Virus record (IMG/VR): IMGVR_UViG_3300042090_001045
Reading direction: 5' to 3' (one strand)
DNA length: 46,231 nt
Source: a virus
Positions 44,155-46,231 of the stretch are shown one piece after another (positions within the stretch are counted from its first letter, which is position 1; each line of letters begins with the position of its first letter). The position numbers and the translations under genes are program-made. Under the pieces are notes generated by a model, which made no database searches, was not told the DNA's origin, and was given only the letters and a program-made list of their open reading frames with translations.

Positions 44155-44432
44155 CTTTCCATATCCCAAGGTTGCGTTGAGTCGAGTCGCATGCTGTAGC
44201 GTTCGTAGGAGGGTTTATCGGCGGCGCTTATCGGCCCGCGCATCGCGCTCGCTTCCGCCTCGGCGAGCCCGTCGTACATACGTTTGGCATGATCCTGTTC
44301 GCGCAACCGGAGCCACTTGTCAGCGTGCCGCGTGTAGAGTTTGTTGGTGATTTTGATATCGATGAGAGCGATAGCGCCGACCAGCACCGCCGCCGCTAAG
44401 ATGAAAGCAATTACGCATAGCGTAAATGTCAT
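44151..44432 (-). CDS. Single-pass membrane protein (93 aa), first gene of the minus arm
   Basis: ORF 44151-44615 trimmed to ATG 44432 preceded by AAGGAGAA. N-terminal TM helix MTFTLCVIAFILAAAVLVGAIALI followed by a charged tail. Confidence 0.6.
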   Translation of the reverse strand: MTFTLCVIAFILAAAVLVGAIALIDIKITNKLYTRHADKWLRLREQDHAKRMYDGLAEAEASAMRGPISAADKPSYERYSMRLDSTQPWDMER

Positions 44433-44514
44433 GATGGTTCTCCTTAAAAGTTGTCGCTGACTACTATTGTAGACTTTGCCTATTTTTTGTGCACTAGTAT
44501 TTACCCTAAGCTGT

Positions 44515-44545
44515 ACTTGTATATACAAGTGTTCGCTGTGCGAAC
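44515..44545. promoter_or_regulatory. Two adjacent perfect palindromes upstream of the early arm (operator candidates)
   Basis: ACTTGTATATACAAGT (44515-44530), immediately followed by GTTCGCtgtGCGAAC (44531-44545). Confidence 0.5.
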
Positions 44546-44848
44546 ATGGGTCTTTTCGTCCCTTATATAGCGCTCTATACAACGCGCATAGAACACCACG
44601 TAATCCACCCCGCAAACCGCACTGCTCAATAATGCATCAGGCTGTGCATAACTTCGCTAAGTCATTGATTACAAAGCATTCACGATTTAACATAATGCAC
44701 GTTATGCGAAGTCGATTGTTAGAGTGGTTTCTCGCTGATCGCGCTGAGAGATATGATTGGCGCGGGTTTGCGCCTAGAGTGCGCGTGTTGCAGGATGCGG
44801 TTGGGTTTGGCCGAAAATGGTGGCCCCCGGGGGTAAATTAAGGATTGT

Positions 44849-44862
44849 TAGTACCGGTACTA
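44849..44862. promoter_or_regulatory. 14-bp perfect palindrome TAGTACCGGTACTA (operator candidate)
   Basis: Self-complementary. Related to the CCGG-centred GTAG...CTAC palindromes at 42977-42996 and 43202-43222. Confidence 0.45.
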
Positions 44863-44940
44863 CCCTGTTTCCGACGGCGCTAGGGGTTTAAAAAGACCCC
44901 AAAACCCATTCCGCATTATGAAATTTTCAGAAAGGTTTCA

Positions 44941-44978
44941 TCCAAAAGAAAAGGCCCGCAACCGTTAAGCTGCGAGCC
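44941..44978 (-). terminator. Orphan rho-independent terminator (minus strand) in the arm-divergence region
   Basis: Minus sense: GGCTCGCA-loop-TGCGGGCC (7 of 8 pairs) followed by TTTTCTTTTGG. No annotated gene lies upstream. Confidence 0.5.
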
Positions 44979-45319
44979 TGAAAAATTCCTTGCCGTATTA
45001 TTACGAACGTTGCGGACGCCCCCGTCGCGCATTTAGCCCGTTCATGTCCGGGCGGAGGAGGCTTACATTTCGTGGCGTCCTGCCGGTGTTTTTACCCACC
45101 TCCGGCTGGGGCATGAAAACGAACTACGCTAATTTTACAATGCGAAACCGCCCCTTGTTCGCAAACTTCCAAGCATGGTAAGCGACCGAAGGCGTATTGC
45201 CTATGCCGGTCAAGCCGTCGAGATGACAGCGCCACAAGCCTTGTGTGAACCAGATTCGAGGTTTCGGCAATTCCATTGTATAATCCTTTTCAAGCAAATG
45301 ACAGTTGAGCCCTCAAACC

Positions 45320-45943
45320 ATGGCCGACGAAATTGTAAGCAATGAATTTCCGGATACCGACTACGCGGGCCGAGAGGCTTTCGTGTTGGCATTCTACCAC
45401 TCGGGCGGCAAGATGGAGGCCGCTATCAAAGCGTCCGACACGACGCGCTCGCTCGCCTATCTGTGGCGGGATCAGGAATGGTTCAAGCAGCGGCTCAAGG
45501 AAGTCAAGATCGCCGCCGATAGGGTCATGGAACGCAAGATGACGACGATCATCGACAAGGCGTTCAACGTGATCGAGAACCGGCTTGACGAAGGCGACCC
45601 CCGTTACGTACCCGCAAAATACGACCGCAATGGCGAATTGATCGACCCGGAAAAGACAATCCGCGTCGGCGTCTCCGCCCACACCGCCGTTATCGTAGCG
45701 GGAACCCTATTCGATAAAAGAGATAAGCTACGCGCAACCGACGAAGGGCGCGGGCAGTCTGCCGAGGCTAACCAGCTTCAGAACATCGCCAGTAAGCTAG
45801 AGGCGGTCATGAACCGCCAACTCAAGAAGGAAGAAGCGAATACGATTGACGTAGAGGTTAAACCCATCGGCGACTTTGCGGACAAGGGTAAAAAGCCCGG
45901 TCGCAAAAAGAAAACCGAAGCCCCACCGTGCGATTTGGACTAA
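45320..45943 (+). CDS. terS: Terminase small subunit (probable)
   Basis: ORF trimmed to ATG 45320 (MADEIVSNE...), 207 aa. First gene of the late arm, upstream of terL apart from the inserted HNH gene. Lys-rich C-terminus. Call is positional. Confidence 0.6.
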   Translation: MADEIVSNEFPDTDYAGREAFVLAFYHSGGKMEAAIKASDTTRSLAYLWRDQEWFKQRLKEVKIAADRVMERKMTTIIDKAFNVIENRLDEGDPRYVPAKYDRNGELIDPEKTIRVGVSAHTAVIVAGTLFDKRDKLRATDEGRGQSAEANQLQNIASKLEAVMNRQLKKEEANTIDVEVKPIGDFADKGKKPGRKKKTEAPPCDLD

Positions 45944-45946
45944 ATC

Positions 45947-46231
45947 ATGACCGAAATCTATACACGTAAGGGCATAGCCATTCTTGTTGACGATGAGGAT
46001 TACGATAGACTGAATGCGTATACTTGGCGGCTCGACAGAAACGGTTACGCAATGCGCAGTTTGAAAATTGGCGAAAGGTACACCAACCAATACATGGCAC
46101 GTGAGATTGCGGGGACGTGTATTGGCGACGGGAAAGAAGTAGATCACATTAACGGTGTGAGACTCGATAACCGAAAAAGCAATTTACGGTTTTGCGATAG
46201 GAAAGGAAATACCAGAAACACTACTTTACGA
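45947..46231 (+). CDS. HNH/AP2 endonuclease, 5' part (continues at 99-278 after the circular junction)
   Basis: ATG 45947 (MTEIYTRKGIAILVDDEDYDRLNAYTWRLDRNGYAMR...). Open to the window end, in frame with 1-278. Confidence 0.85.
   Translation, partial: MTEIYTRKGIAILVDDEDYDRLNAYTWRLDRNGYAMRSLKIGERYTNQYMAREIAGTCIGDGKEVDHINGVRLDNRKSNLRFCDRKGNTRNTTLR
46134..46231. repeat. Terminal overlap, second copy of 1-98
   Basis: Identical to bases 1-98. Confidence 0.95.

Noticed and set aside
44476-45181. Plus-strand ORFs 44476-44841 and 44990-45181, and the long N-terminal extension of 44151-44615
   Set aside because: They have non-ATG or RBS-less starts and Arg/Cys-rich, low-plausibility sequences, and they cross palindromes and the terminator. 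The minus-strand gene has a strong AAGGAG-ATG start at 44432, which removes the extension.
45279-45284. TATAAT hexamer upstream of terS as a confident late promoter
   Set aside because: The -35 region (TTCGAG/TCGAGG) is poor and the adjacent TG is not at the extended -10 spacing. It is kept only as a remark inside the divergence-region finding.
42662-45319. tRNA or other canonical RNA genes in the non-coding regions
   Set aside because: Scanning by eye found no T-loop (GGTTCGAATCC-like) or cloverleaf-compatible segments. Only hairpins interpretable as terminators or operators were seen.

Overview
The window is a complete tailed-phage genome. Bases 1-98 are identical to 46134-46231, so the contig closes into a 46133-bp unit. 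It is GC-rich, and I found no tRNA, rRNA, CRISPR array, integrase or phage RNA polymerase.

Layout: two convergent arms.
- Plus-strand late arm, 45320 through the junction to 27282: terS, an HNH/AP2 endonuclease that spans the junction, terL, portal, a GroES-like co-chaperonin, scaffold, major capsid protein, T7-type tail-tube A/B-like proteins, a cupin, three internal virion proteins (one with a lytic transglycosylase domain), a PurD-like ATP-grasp enzyme, tail fibres, endolysin/holin/spanins, and an HTH-metallophosphoesterase.
- Minus-strand early arm, 44432 down to 27272: SNF2 helicase, VRR-NUC, family-A DNA polymerase, DUF2815-type SSB, DUF2800-type nuclease and many small ORFs.
- The early arm is interrupted by a plus-strand island, 33900-36388 (HTH protein plus primase-polymerase/helicase), driven from back-to-back near-consensus sigma70 promoters.

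Main finding: a gene family I cannot assign to any described family.
- Five full-length genes and one cap-only mini-ORF sit in two arrays, 39186-40005 and 43584-44154.
- The full-length genes encode 79-101-aa proteins whose body is an almost uninterrupted (Gly-X)n dipeptide repeat. X is mostly Tyr, otherwise Asp, Asn, Thr, His, Ser or Cys.
- The repeat is capped by M[NK]YP[DK]G at the N-terminus and GWG[AG]YPYRMVTR at the C-terminus.
- The genes are chained by ATGA stop/start overlaps through a conserved junction of about 50 nt.
- One array is coupled in the same way to the stop codon of a vWA/HExxH-metallopeptidase gene that follows a MoxR-like AAA+ ATPase. The other is coupled to a small membrane-protein gene.
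- Both arrays are followed by tiny hydrophobic peptide ORFs.

Other points worth a second look:
- an iteron- and palindrome-rich non-coding block at 42840-43270;
- a shared CCGG-centred GTAG/CTAC palindrome family;
- a low-GC moron island at 36389-37000;
- enzymes embedded in the virion module (ATP-grasp, cupin, GroES-like).

All functional calls rest on motifs read by eye. No database search was possible.
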